From positions 310,001 through 374,000 of the forward strand of contig JBEWZL010000278.1 of the NCBI GenBank assembly GCA_045837725.1: 64,000 bases of DNA, in the 5' to 3' direction. A model generated the notes under the pieces. It was not told where the DNA came from. It searched no databases and was given only the letters and a program-made list of their open reading frames with translations. This DNA comes from Vermamoeba vermiformis. Taxonomy: Eukaryota. This document shows, in pieces, positions 12,701 to 24,970 of the stretch. Every line of letters begins with the position of its first letter. The first letter of the stretch is position 1. Made by a program: the position numbers and the translations under genes.

Positions 12701-14292
12701 TGTTGTAGCTCTGACGCGAGTCATAATAAGGCTGCGTAGCGGAGTGCGGTGAGTAGGGCTGTGCACTGTGGTACTGTGACTGCACGTCATTGTAGGGATA
12801 GAGCTGTGGATAGGGCTGGCCGTACTGATCTCTCGCACCTGGTGTGTGCGGGTACACATTGGGTGCATAGGGCGTGTTGTTATAGGGGGCAGGTGAATAG
12901 GATCCAGTGAGGGGCGAGGTGTAGTGCTGAGAGCTGCGCGGACTGGTGTAGGGAGCGGTGTAGGGCGAGGAGGGCGTGACGTATGTGCCACTGTTGCTGT
13001 TGTAGGGACTCGTGTAGTGATTGGCCGCGGTGTAGGGTGTGGAGGGACTGTAGGGACTGGTGGGATTGTTGTAGGCATTGGGATTGTAGGTCTGTTGAGC
13101 ACTATTGGTATTATACGCCGCGCTAGTGGTGTTGGTGTAAGGGCTGTTGGGCTGATGCACACTCGCGTAGTTCTGCGGACTGTGGACAGCACTGGCCCAG
13201 GGATTGGTGCTGGACATGGAGCTGTTGTTGTAGCCTGTGTTGGGGGCACTGCTGTTCGGTGCGGTGTGGAGACTGGGACTAACTGGGCTATTGAAGCTGT
13301 TTGTAGTTGTGTTATTGAAGCTATTATTAGCCGTGTTATTGAAGGTATTGTTAGCTGTGTTATTGAAGGTATTATTAGCTGCGGTATTAAAGCTGTTGGT
13401 TGTTGTGTTATTGAAGTTATTATTCGCTGTATTATTGAAGGTATTATTAGCTGTATTGTTGAAGTTATTATTCGCTGCATAAGTGTTGGGCGGGCTGTAC
13501 GGACTGTTGTGTGACAGGCCTGTCATTTGGCCGGGTAGTGCGCTGTTGTTACTGGGTGTCACATTGACAGGTGTCATACTCTGTGCTGTACCAGATGTCC
13601 CGTTGACAGGTGTCATACTCTGACTCGTGCCAGGCAGGGCTACAGAAGTGCGTGCCAAGCGTCCAATCACTTTGTTCTTGGGCGGATCTGCAGGCACTTG
13701 AATGGCCTCTAACTGCTGCACGGCACTCCCCACATCACTGTTGTTGCTGATACTATGGCTATTATTGTTAGCACTCGTAATGTCTAGTTGCAGCTGTTGC
13801 AATGAACTCGCAGTCAGATCCACGCTGTTCCGCTGTTGCTGATAATACTGCAGCAGTTCTTGTTGCTGCGCGAATATTGCTTTGATTTCTTCAGCGCGCG
13901 TCAAGAACTGTTCGATCAGTGTGCGCAGCTGTTTCTTGTCCTCGCCATTGCTCACGTCTAACGAAAGGAGTTAGATCCGCGTCATAAAACCTCAATCTCA
14001 CATAGATTTATGAATACAGTACAATTATTCCCTTATTAATTAAATTACAACCAACTGCTAATGCAGAATTTCCATAATTTTCGAATTAGTAACTAAATTT
14101 CGTAATAATGACGCAATCAACAGTTACTGATACGCACATTGTAGTGTTTGAAATAGACGTCTCTATAGCTTCAGTATATGTAGGCAGTGCTTCTATGTAA
14201 TTGCCTTCCACATCTAGTTTTCTAGCTTGTTCAATTAACTTTGCTCCGCGATCGAACAATGCGTTTCGCTTTTTGATTCGTTCCAAGTCCAT
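9726..14292 (-). CDS. Phosphatidylinositol phosphate kinase (PIP5K family) with MIT, low-complexity, FYVE and NCS/EF-hand-like regions, spliced
   Basis: MIT: ARKLDVEGNYIEAL...EQFLTRAEEIK. FYVE: WVSD..CKIC...RRHHCRGCG..VC..CS...VRVCKHC. Kinase motifs: GKSGSMFFYSSDGQFLLKT, YDLKGS, KDLDF, MDYSLLLG, YMGIIDYL, ISALPPNEYAERF. Stop TAG ends at 9726. Confidence 0.85.
13290..13476 (-). repeat. Coding tandem repeat with a 24-bp unit (NNTANNTF-like, about 7-8 copies)
   Basis: Repeated gtgttattgaaggtattattagc-like units within the kinase low-complexity region. Confidence 0.9.
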
Positions 14293-14850
14293 GAATGGAT
14301 GTTATATATTACATATTATACAAAGGTGTTGTGGTGGTTGTATTCAGTTCTGTGCGCAAAGGTGGGACGGCTCTCTTTTTTTCACCTCCTCCCAAACTTT
14401 CACGAATTCCAGGGCCCTGGTCGATGTACGGCAATGTCACGGCCAGTACGCGCACTACCCTACAATAGCACTACTCTACCATATCACTACTCTACAATAG
14501 CACTGTGCTGATTAACTGCGCGAGTCTGCAGCTGAGTTAGCACAAGTCTGAGTGTTGTGCAGTCAAATGAGGCTTAATTAGGTTAAAAATGTTTTACTTG
14601 TGGTAATTACAATCAATGAGCGTCATGCTCACTGCGTTACATCGATTCTGTGCCTAGTATAATCGGCGAGTATAGGGCCTTACAAGAGCTTCTTGCGCTG
14701 TTAATAAAGAAAATGTTGTCAGCCAGATCCAACGCCAAAAAAAAAAATAATATTGAATGTAGACTGTAAATATAGCAAGTTGTTGATAACGCGAATTCAG
14801 AGCGCGAGGCTCATTCACATTGGACTTTCTTGCATGTCATATATCATCAT

Positions 14851-15819
14851 CTACGCAGCACACAGATCTGCTTCAAACACATCTGCACCGTGCTGCGAAA
14901 CAGACGACGAGCCGAGTAACCGATTACTGACCTGGAAGAAGCGTCGCAAGTAGTAGACCTGCGCAACACTGAGCAGACCGAGCGAGATGATGGTGAATAC
15001 AGTCAAATAGGCCACACGCGCGTTCTGAGTCTCTGCAACCAGATTCACTCCGTCAATCATATGGGACACTTGAACTGCACACGAGCACGCGTGGTAACAC
15101 GTACTGCAATGTACACAATGATGTAAATACGCGACTACATACCGTTGGCATCGCGGTGCTCGGCTTCACGTTCGCGGTGGTGTCGCAACTCCTCGCGGAT
15201 GTCGTTGGTCATGTCTTCAATCTTGCGCAGCTTCTGTTCGAGAGGCTTCAATGACTCCTTAGCGCCATCGTTCTTCTTGTTGTCGCGTTGCACGGTGTAG
15301 GATAACGAGACACGACGTTGAAGATTTGAGTTGACTACAAAGTCAAATAGGGTCAATAAGGCTCCTAATATTATGATTAAATATATTGACGTACGAGGGA
15401 AGCCAGGGCGAGGGCTGTCAATGAAGCAGAAGTCGTATTGGCCTTCAATATCGGCAGCAAAGGCAAAAGTACCCTCATTGACATCATCCGTGTTGTGAAG
15501 GCGTGTTTTCATAGGGTTATCAATCTAAAATATATTATCAGTGATTTGAAGAAATATTGTACCTAATTACTTGCAATCAGAGAATTTTAAAGATTATTCC
15601 AAAATTATAAAAATATTTTCTAGATGCAGATCAAATAATTGCACGTACCCAAAATTGTAATTGCATTTGGGTGAGACCTTGGACATTAACATTGCCAGAA
15701 ATAATTTCTCCTTTGTCAAATTGATCGGTGAAGCATCTGATGCCGCCAGGAGAGATATCAAACTGCACAGCATAGGCAGCAGCAATTACAGCCAATAATA
15801 CTAAGAAATAGTGCCTCAT
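14851..15819 (-). CDS. p24/emp24/gp25L (TMED, GOLD domain) cargo receptor, spliced; last exon uncertain
   Basis: Signal peptide, RCFTDQ, FAFAADIEGQYDFCF, coiled coil ending REREAEHRDANE-TQNARV, and TM ending QVYYLRRFF. Confidence 0.9.
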
Positions 15820-16244
15820 GTTGAATTACGTGGAGCTGTGCTCTAATAATTGAACTCTGAATGCTTTATTCGTTGGTGACGTAGGCGTAATTTCTTCTCG
15901 TTCAATCGCGGGTTATTATTAAGTGTCACAATGAGAGGGTACTAATGTAGTATAAAGTATATGATGCTAAGAAGCCTAGTAACACTTAAGGTTGAAAAGT
16001 TTTGCATGCAGTCCTCTCAGCAATGTGACATATAATGGGATCCAACAAGCACCGAATTGTAACTCGAGGATAGATAGCGCTAGACTAAGCGAACGACATG
16101 CTTAAAGTACCCATATTTATAACCACCCACACGTACCCAAGACGGTGTTGCAAACTCAAACAGATCTGCAACAGCACCGTTACAAAAAAAAACCATTCCC
16201 GCACATATAATATAACGATTACTACGAGAGTATACTAGGAGACA

Positions 16245-17697
16245 TTAGTATTCAGCAGGTGTGTCACTGACTGGCTTTTCAGCGGGCTCTGTCTTCTCCT
16301 CTTCAACCACCTCTGCCTTGTCTTTCTTCTCCTTCTTCTCTTTCTTCTCTTTGCGCTCTTTTTTCTTCTCATTTGCAGCTCGTTGTTCGTCGTGTTCGCG
16401 CGCTTCAGTCACCAGCGAGGTCGGTGTGTGATCGACCATCGTGTGCGGGGCCTTTCTCCACAATGTAATTCTGCAGGGACACGTGTCAGCAAATATCAAA
16501 CAGTGTGTGCTAGTCGCGCATGTAATGTATATGATGATACGTACTCTTGTTGCTTGAAGTATCTTCTGTCCTCTTCGTCCACGAGCACCAAATTCAAATA
16601 ATATTTCACTGAAAACTTGCTGTGAATGTTCTTGTAGGTCGGTGTCAGTTCAAATGCGCCCAAAAACAGCCGAATGGGAATGGATTCACCGCGCACTGGT
16701 GCTCCGTCCATAATTTCGTACTTGGTCAGGGTCTCGCTCTCGTTGTAGAGATTGGCCCCTGAGCCTGTAGACTCGCGCTTGATGACCGCGACTTCCATGT
16801 ATTTGATCTTGAGTCGCACCAAGAGGAAATAAATCTTGCCGATAATCACGTCCTTCAAGTGGTACTTTGATTTGCTGTATTCGAACTCAATGTGCAGGCA
16901 GTCCTCAATGCCGACCTCCATCTTAATCGTGTTGTTGATCTCAGGTGGGCTCTGATAGTTGATGACCCAGAGATCCACCTCCTTGGTGATGTTTGGCATG
17001 AATCCTCGCACCATGGTGAATCGCACGAAATATCTGTTCAAAGCAATGCAATCAGCCCTCATGCAAGCTATCTCGATTTGCTCCGTGCTTAATGCGTGCA
17101 TATTAGCGATACGTACCGTAGTCTGACATTGATGCCGTTGTAAGACTCGTAGGGCTTCTCGGGGTTAGCGAACTCGAAGTCAAAGGTTTTGTCGGCTGTA
17201 AATTCACCAGCTGGCGCCAATTCTTGCGTCAATGAGGTGAATTCAAAGTGATTGCCGCGGTCATAGAACATCTCTGTGGTGGGTGTTAATTAAATACGAT
17301 TATTGCGTATTTTTTTTGAAAATTGGAAAAGGTTTGTAGAATATTCTATATTAATGCTCCGAACATTATTAACCGTGCATAAATTAAAATAATTAATATT
17401 TTGCAGCAGGGATTATTATCTGGTGCTTTGCTTACCTATTTGACCAATGAAATCAACACGCATCCCTTGATGGTCAACTTTCTTGCCTTCTTTGGTCAAT
17501 TTAACGTGAACTTGACCTTTAACGGGCTCATTTCCAACATATAAATACAGCTTTTGTGTGCCCTTCTCTGTATTAACTTCCACTGTCTTTCTGTTCTCTA
17601 CGCCGAGTAACTCGATCTCAGCTTTGGCTGAGCCTCCAAACAAGAAAGCCTAAATAATTGTTATTAATGCTCAATATAATTTTCAAAATCCTACCAT
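16245..17697 (-). CDS. VPS26: Retromer subunit VPS26, spliced
   Basis: KPYESYNGINVRLRY, IKMEVGIEDCLHIEFEYSKSKYHLKDVIIGKIYFLLVR, KYEIMDGAPVRGESIPIRLFL and DEEDRRYFKQQEITLWRK. The first coding exon is ATG only. Confidence 0.97.
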
Positions 17698-17903
17698 GTT
17701 GTGTCCTGTGGCTGCAGATGATAAAAATGGATGTCAAAAATCTTTGATCCACCAAACCATTTTTTCCGTGGCAAACCTTAGCTTACTAGGTTGTTATGCG
17801 ATATTTGTTGCTCGTCGTGGTTAATAAGCGAGACCATAGACTGAGTCACTCAGATCGTATTCACAAGGTTTATTTATTACATGGATGGCGAGGGTGTTAG
17901 CAC

Positions 17904-19842
17904 TCAACTCTTGCGCGCAGAGAGAGCGAGTTCATCTTCGAATGACTTGGTGATCAGATCCAACACATCTTGACGACGCACGTGCTCATGATCACGTGTA
18001 CGATCACCGACTTGATCAATCAGCTGCATCAACTCGTCGTGCTTTACATCCACTGCGGCATCACTGCGCGATGAGAAGTAGTGTCGACTCATCGTCACTA
18101 GGGCGTGCAATGTAGTGCTCGACAAAGCTGTGTTGGTCTCGCGGATCTGCTGCATGAGTTTGATACACGAGCGCAGATCGTGCAGTTTGGAAAGCGCAGT
18201 GATTAAGTACATGAGACTCTGTTCATTGACGCGAATGCCGTCCTTCTTCATCAACACCAAGTTCATCAGCGCTGGTCGCATTTGATTGTTGCTGGCATAG
18301 GCCCAGATGAGCAGATTGTACGTGCGACGATGCGGCACGAGCGGTGAAGTGAAGTAGTGACGAGCAATGCGACTCAGTGCGACGATGTGGTGTGACTGAG
18401 CAGCGGCACGAATGAACTGGTGATAGAGGGCACGATTGAGGACGAGACGCGAGGCTAGAACTTCAGTCCACAGCGTGTCAATCAGACTGTGAGCTGAGGG
18501 CGCTGAGGGTGCCACGCGCAGCAGATTGGTGTAGGTACTGCGTGAGGGCTTGAAAAACGAGCTGTGTGGTGTGAATATCAATGTATATAGAGGCCATAAT
18601 ACAACTTACGATTTGAGTCTGTTCCACACATTCAGCGTTGGATCCACGAGCTGCATTTGCGCGCAAGTTTCAATCAATTTGTAAGTGAACATTGGTGAGA
18701 CCTGCGACTGATTCAAGAACGAGAACGCTAGACTGGGCTGATTCAGTCTCAAGGCAGCACGACTAGCGGCAATGAGCACTGGTTCTGTGCGCTGGTGTTG
18801 CTTCAACTGGTCGAGCAGTGTGGTCAGCTGTTGATCGGACGCAGCGTGTTCAATCAACAGTGCGCGAGTGTTGCTGTTGTGTGGAATGTTGAGACTCTTC
18901 ATCTCAGCCAACAGTTCGTGCACGCGCTTCACCTTGCCAGCTCGCATATTGGCCCCCAACAATAGGTTGAAAGTGACGCTGTTCGGCAACACTTGACGTC
19001 GTTTCATGTGCTCAAAGGTCAGCTCAGCTTTCTGCAGATCATTGTGTTGTACGGTCAGTTTGATCAGACGATTGTAATTGTCACATGTCAAAAGCACGTG
19101 CTGCTCGCCCATGACACTCATGTGCGCAAAGGCGCGGTTAATATCACCACTAATGGATTGAGTCAGTTGCCATTATGTTGTTAGTGCTACTCACATGCTG
19201 CAGTACGTGCAGAGTGCGGCGTTGTGTATCATGCGTGCTTCGTTGGGAGGAATGCGAGCCAGCAAGTTCTTAGCCTGATCAAAGTTGCCTGCTCGGATTT
19301 CATTCGCAATTCGACGTGCTTCTTGAGCTCTGAGGGCCATAGGATGTGTCAGGTCAGGACTCCTCTGTGCAGTGTGAGTATTGTTGACAATATGCCAAAG
19401 GGCTTCCCGCCACCGACATGGAGGCTTGAAAACTATTCAATTACATACCTTTGTAACTGATTTCGATTTTTCGAAACGCTGTAATGTGTTACGCGCTGGT
19501 TTGGCTTGGGATTTGAGCCAGGTAATTAACTCTTGTTGGTTGGGAACTTCTTTATAAATTGGTTTGGATGTATGGTAATTATATATCTTAATTCTAGTTT
19601 CTACAATTACAACAGAGAATTAGTTTCGTATATTCGAGAAAATCAATAATTAAAAAACAACCCAATATTAATGCTTGTTCAAAAAAATAATTTAATTAAT
19701 ATGTGAAGATAATCTTACCTAGTGAAGTTATAGAGTTGGTAAATTTACATTTTTCTGCGTTTGTTTTATTTCGTTTGTGTTGGATCAAAGGGGCTGATCT
19801 CCTGCCGTTCAACCGCGCAAGGATATGTGTTATTCGTAACAT
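17904..19842 (-). CDS. Pentatricopeptide-repeat (PPR) protein, probably mitochondrial, spliced
   Basis: Arg-rich presequence MLRITHILARLNGRR. PPR motifs PNSVTFNLLLGANMRAGKVKRVHELLAEMK and TYNLLIWAYASNNQMRPAL...MKKDGI. Confidence 0.8.
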
Positions 19843-20047
19843 TTTAATATACACTAAATGGACATAATATGGTCGACTCTGTGAGCAAATGTCGAACAGT
19901 AATTTCAGCCCCTGCGTTACTATTTTGAGCAGCACTTGTGTCACGTGCTGGGTGATGGACTCTAAAACACAAGCTATGGATTACAGCTATTAACAGTATT
20001 TATAATTCTCCGCAAGATATAGTTACAAGGTATATACAAGAGTGGTT

Positions 20048-22043
20048 TTATACATCGAGCACTTTGAGCAGTGACAGCGCCGAACTGCGCGAGCCGATCA
20101 AGTAGAGTCGGCCATTGATGCCCGCGTGTTCATCGAAGAAGACCCAAATCATATTGCATTGCGTGTCGTTCAAGATGATCACTTTGCGTATCTTGCCAGT
20201 TTTAATGTTCACCTTGGCAATGGTCATCTTCTGTTGTTGAGTACCGCCAACATTGAAGTTTGATCTATAAATGGCAAAATAGGCGAATTTGTTCTTGGTG
20301 TCGATGCCTGGGCAAGGAGATACTTTGATGTCAAACTGCTCGTACTTGGTCGACTGATTGTTCTTGAGTGGCGTGATAGCAGGTGTCTGCAGCAGATCAT
20401 CTTCGCCAAGAGGCAGCACATTGATGTCTTTGGCATCGATCACGAACAAATTCTTAGCATCCTCGCTTAGGGTGATGCCTGGCCAGACTTTGTTCGCTTT
20501 GTTGACTTTCATCTCACTGGTCACTTTGTGCACTGCAGGATGACAGTTGATTTGATAGATCTTCTCGCCAGCATTCAAATAACACACGTAAGGACGTCGA
20601 TGATCAGCCACTACAACAAGGTTGGACAAGTGACTTTCATCGGGCATGGTTGCAAATTGAACTTCAACCACTTGCCACGAGTGTTCGTGCAAGAATTCAT
20701 CCATGTCCACGCACAAGATGAAGATGCTCCCTGAGCAGACAGCTGAGAAGTAAGCCTTGCGATTGCAGGGATCAATTGCACAGCCGTTCAAGTACTGCAA
20801 CTCTGTGGTGCAAAAGAACAAGTAAGCACGGTACTTCTCGCAGAAAATATCTACTTACGACCAAAGTTGTTCCACTTGAAAGTGCGAGTGTTCGGAGTCT
20901 GAGGTGTACTGCCGTGATTGGGCCACGTGACAATTTCAGCTGCGTCAAAATTCTCCGGATTTACTTTGATGACCGTGTGACACGAGACAAAGAATATGTG
21001 TCCAGTCTTCGTATCAACTTCAGCAGCGTTGTATTTGAAGAACTGCAATAAATTGTCTTCCACTTTACGCACGCGATATGACTTTAAACGCAGATCTAAA
21101 TTTCCGAATAAGGCGATCAGACTTGAACTTCTGGGCAAACAAAGAAATTAAGTTGCTTACCCCACTCCACAATACCGTCAATCAAATTGAAGTAATATAT
21201 CTTCAGCCGAGACTTGTCAAAGATTGGCTTGCGATTCCAGCCTTTATGATCCGTGAACTCGATAGCTGCGAGTTGTTGGGCTATCAAAAAGGTGTTATTA
21301 TTTTGAACGTGCATGTATATATTATATTCTTACGTCGTCGCAAAGACAGATAGACTTGTCGCCATGTCTGGTTTTCCTTGCGCAGGTTGGTCCAGCCTTC
21401 TTTTGTAAGTGCCTCCCAAAGCCTATCCTGCAATATTATCTCGCGAAAACGTTTGCAGGCACGACTAGCAACCTCTAATTGCAAGCCAGGAAGATAACTG
21501 AAGAAATTGAAACATTAATTAATGACGGATTTGAACGGATCCAGAAGAAGGAATTTAATAAAATGTTCCGACTGACCATCGCAAACGAATAACTATGTAA
21601 CAACATTAAAATATAATGTATAATGCCATAAATCATGTTATTGTAATAATTTGAAATAGAGTTCAATTTTGGAACATTTATGAAATCTGCGTTAGTAAAA
21701 CAATTTGCTATTTGCTTACTGAAAGATATGTTGCCACATCTCTTCTGGCAATACATTCTGTGGAGCCTACAAAGTAAGTTTAATATTTGATTCCGAACGC
21801 ATTCGGATGTTAGAGAACGCTTACCTCTAAAGCGAAAAATTCTTCGCTTTCTATTGGCATGGATGCATTGTTATTATTACTGTCGAACGAATTTGAATTC
21901 TCCAAATTATCCTGCGAATCTTGCGTGACATCTGTAATAGGAGTACGACACGTTTGCGCAGGGGCCAGATGAGGTTCTAGCCTGCGCTTCTTTTGAATAT
22001 GCAGCTGTTCGACATTATCCTCGAGCTTGCGTTTGTTGCTCAT
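20048..22043 (-). CDS. F-box protein with a beta-rich C-terminal region, spliced
   Basis: NLS-like KKRR, an F-box LPEEMWQHIF...ASRACKRFREIILQDRLW across introns, and downstream exons in ORFs 20851-21138 and 20048-20821. Confidence 0.75.
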
Positions 22044-22782
22044 AGTCTTGGCAGGTCTTGTGTTTGTTTGCAAGACAGATACAAGAAAAAGAACTGTCGG
22101 ACCGACACAAGTCCTGTGTATTCTTTTCTGACTAAAACAAGACCTATGTGCAACGCATCTTGCTGAAGTATAGTCTCGTTAATACTTTAAGACATAAACT
22201 GGTGAAAGTCTCATCCAGCGAATCCAGGATCATATTATTGCTTTAAATGAACATTTGCAGCGGCAATTAAAAAGAGCAAAAGTGCGTACAGAGAAGTTTC
22301 CAGTCATATAAGGACGCTGGAGGTGGAATTTTATTATCGATACTCACCGTTTGAGGTGACGATCGTCACCCAATTCTTTCTGGGTAGTTCGTCTGGGTTT
22401 CTAGGCATACAAACGTTTCCTCTTTGAATATGTCAAAGGCAATGCTGTTATAGCGACAGGGTCCTTTAAACATTCCAGATTTAGTTGTCCTTGCGGTAAA
22501 GGTGTTTGGCTTCTAGTTGGGGGTCGTCGAATTACCTTGCTTGATGTCACTTGTACCACAACATTGAACTTAGGTGACAACTATGTTGTTGTAGCATCTT
22601 GGCACTGTTTTTTACCAATTCCCAAGTCGGATGAAGCAGTTGGAGGGCTTCGGTAGACAGCAAGGTTGGTTGCGACTGACGATGTTAGACAAGCCTTCAA
22701 TAGCTATTTGTTGGAACCTGTTTGTTGTTGAGACTAGCAGTTAATGGGGCGTGTTTTAATCACTTTTATTAGCTTCTTGCAT

Positions 22783-24948
22783 ATGGCAGCACAGGAGGGT
22801 ATGGGACCTCCGCCACCAGGCTTGGAGGGAGCGCATCAAGCGGCTCAATATCAATACTATCAGTTCTATGGCTCGCAAAGGATGGTATTTGACGGAAAGC
22901 GAGTGCGAAAACGCATCGCAAGAAAATTTGTCGACTATTCTTCAAGCGTCGTAAATCACTATACGGTATGTTTAATATTTGTGGTTCCATTGCATGGTTT
23001 CAACTACTACCCAATTTGTTTTGCCTGGAAGATAAAGAAATATATTTTTATAATTATTTAACAATAAATCAATCGGCTCGTTTTTGTTGGATTAATCCAT
23101 TAATATTATGTATTGCGTTTTAAAAATATGAATATTAATTTTTGTTTACAATGAAGAGTGCTATCACTGATCGGGATTACCGTGACTATGAAGCCCTACA
23201 GCCTCACGACAGCTTTATTAAAGAGGTACACTACATGTTTTTAGATATATCAGAGGCTAACTTTCGAATAGATGATGTCGCCACTCGCTTACTTGCACAA
23301 ACCAGCGAACTGCATTGCCACCAAGTTCGTGCACACATCCACTAACATTGCGCGCTGTCCCATCAACGTCGTCACGGTATGTAATGCAGTAGTATTCCAA
23401 TGAGTCCTAACAGTGATTGCTGTGCAGTGGACACCAGAAGGTCGTCGATTGATCACTGGTAACTCCTCGGGCGAATTCACATTATGGAACGGATCTGCAT
23501 TCAATTTCGAGACTATTATGCAGGTACGCAGTGAATATTAATGCACGACTACACGCTGAGTACTGACACGTGTTGCATTCAGGCGCACGACAGTGCGGTG
23601 CGCACCATGATCTGGAGTCACAACGAGAACTGGATGATCACTGGCGATCACGATGGCGTGGTCAAGTACTGGCAGCCCAACATGAACTTTGTCAAAGCCT
23701 TCTCCGCGCACAAAGAAGCAGTCCGAGGACTCAGGTACGCATCACAGTCAGTTGTCACTTGGTCTAGCTGTAACTTTCTTTCGTATCAGTTTCTGTCCGA
23801 CCGACATCAAGTTCGCGTCGTGTTCGGACGATGTGACGTTGAAGATTTGGGACTTTGCGACGCAAGCACAAGAGAGCGTGTTGACTGGCCACGGTTGGGA
23901 CGTGAAAGATGTCAGCTGGCACCCCCACAACTCGCTCATCGTGTCTGGCAGCAAAGACAATTTGATTAAGTTGTGGGACTCGAAGAGTGCGCAGAACATT
24001 GCCACCATGTAAGTGACTCGAGAGGTGTGTATATGGTATAGTGTAATGCTGACCGAGTCGAAACAGTCACGCACACAAGAACACAGTGGTCGCAGTCAAG
24101 TGGAACAAGAACGGCAATTGGATTCTGAGTGCTGGACGCGATCAAATGCTCAAACTGTTTGACATTCGTACCATGCGTGAAGTGCAGAGCTTCAAAGGGC
24201 ACAAGAAAGAGGTGACCGGTATGTCACTATTATACTAGTAGTTCGTGCCTCACAACTAACAACATCAGCTTGCGCGTGGCATCCATTCAACGAGGGCTCA
24301 GTGGTGAGTGGAGATTTCGAGGGCTCCATTCTGTATTGGAATGTAGGCCTAGAGGAACCAGTCGGTGAGATCAAAGGGGCACACGAGTCGAGTGTGTTCG
24401 ATCTGGCGTGGCACCCTCTCGGTCACATTCTGTGTTCCGGCAGCAACGATCACACGACCAAGTTCTGGTGTCGCAATCGTCCTGGTGATCCGATGGACGA
24501 CAGGTACAACATGGGCACGGGCACTGCAGAGACTGATGAGGCTGAAGAGGAGATGAAGCAAGAGAAGGTCGAGAAGAAGCCGCAGTCCAAGATGAAGATC
24601 ACCGTGGTGCCTGGTCTGGTGGGCAGCGTCACCGATGACTCGCTCGCCATTCCTGGCCTCGGTGTGCCCTCGGTCACTAGTCCCTCGCCCAAGCCCGCAC
24701 AGTCCATCTATCAGCCCATCACTTCACCCAATTCACTGCGCATGTCTGGCGGCGGAATGCCAGTGCCAGCCAATTACACCGGACCCAATCCCAATCGAAT
24801 GCCCCCTCCTGGCATGCCTCCATTCGGTCACATGCCTCCACCGCCTGGATTCAACCCTACGATGCCCCCACCTCATATGCCACCGCCTGGCTTCAATCCT
24901 AACGGCCCCCCGAATATGGCACACCCTATGCCACCTCATCCCATGTAA
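22783..24948 (+). CDS. WDR33: Pre-mRNA 3'-end processing WD40 protein (WDR33/Pfs2/FY), spliced
   Basis: [77 protein letters not shown] and a Pro/Met-rich tail. Confidence 0.95.
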
Positions 24949-24970
24949 AATGCTGTACATAAAACACCTG

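Noticed and set aside
13290-13476. Regular repeats resembling a CRISPR array
   Set aside because: They are in-frame coding tandem repeats with no unique spacers, in a eukaryotic context.
9726-17697. Adjacent trafficking genes (PIP kinase, p24, VPS26) as a functional cluster
   Set aside because: These are common housekeeping classes acting in different pathways, so adjacency is plausibly chance.
22100-22740. Coding-like composition between the F-box gene and WDR33
   Set aside because: The frames I read are interrupted by stops, and I found no recognisable family or consistent splice model.
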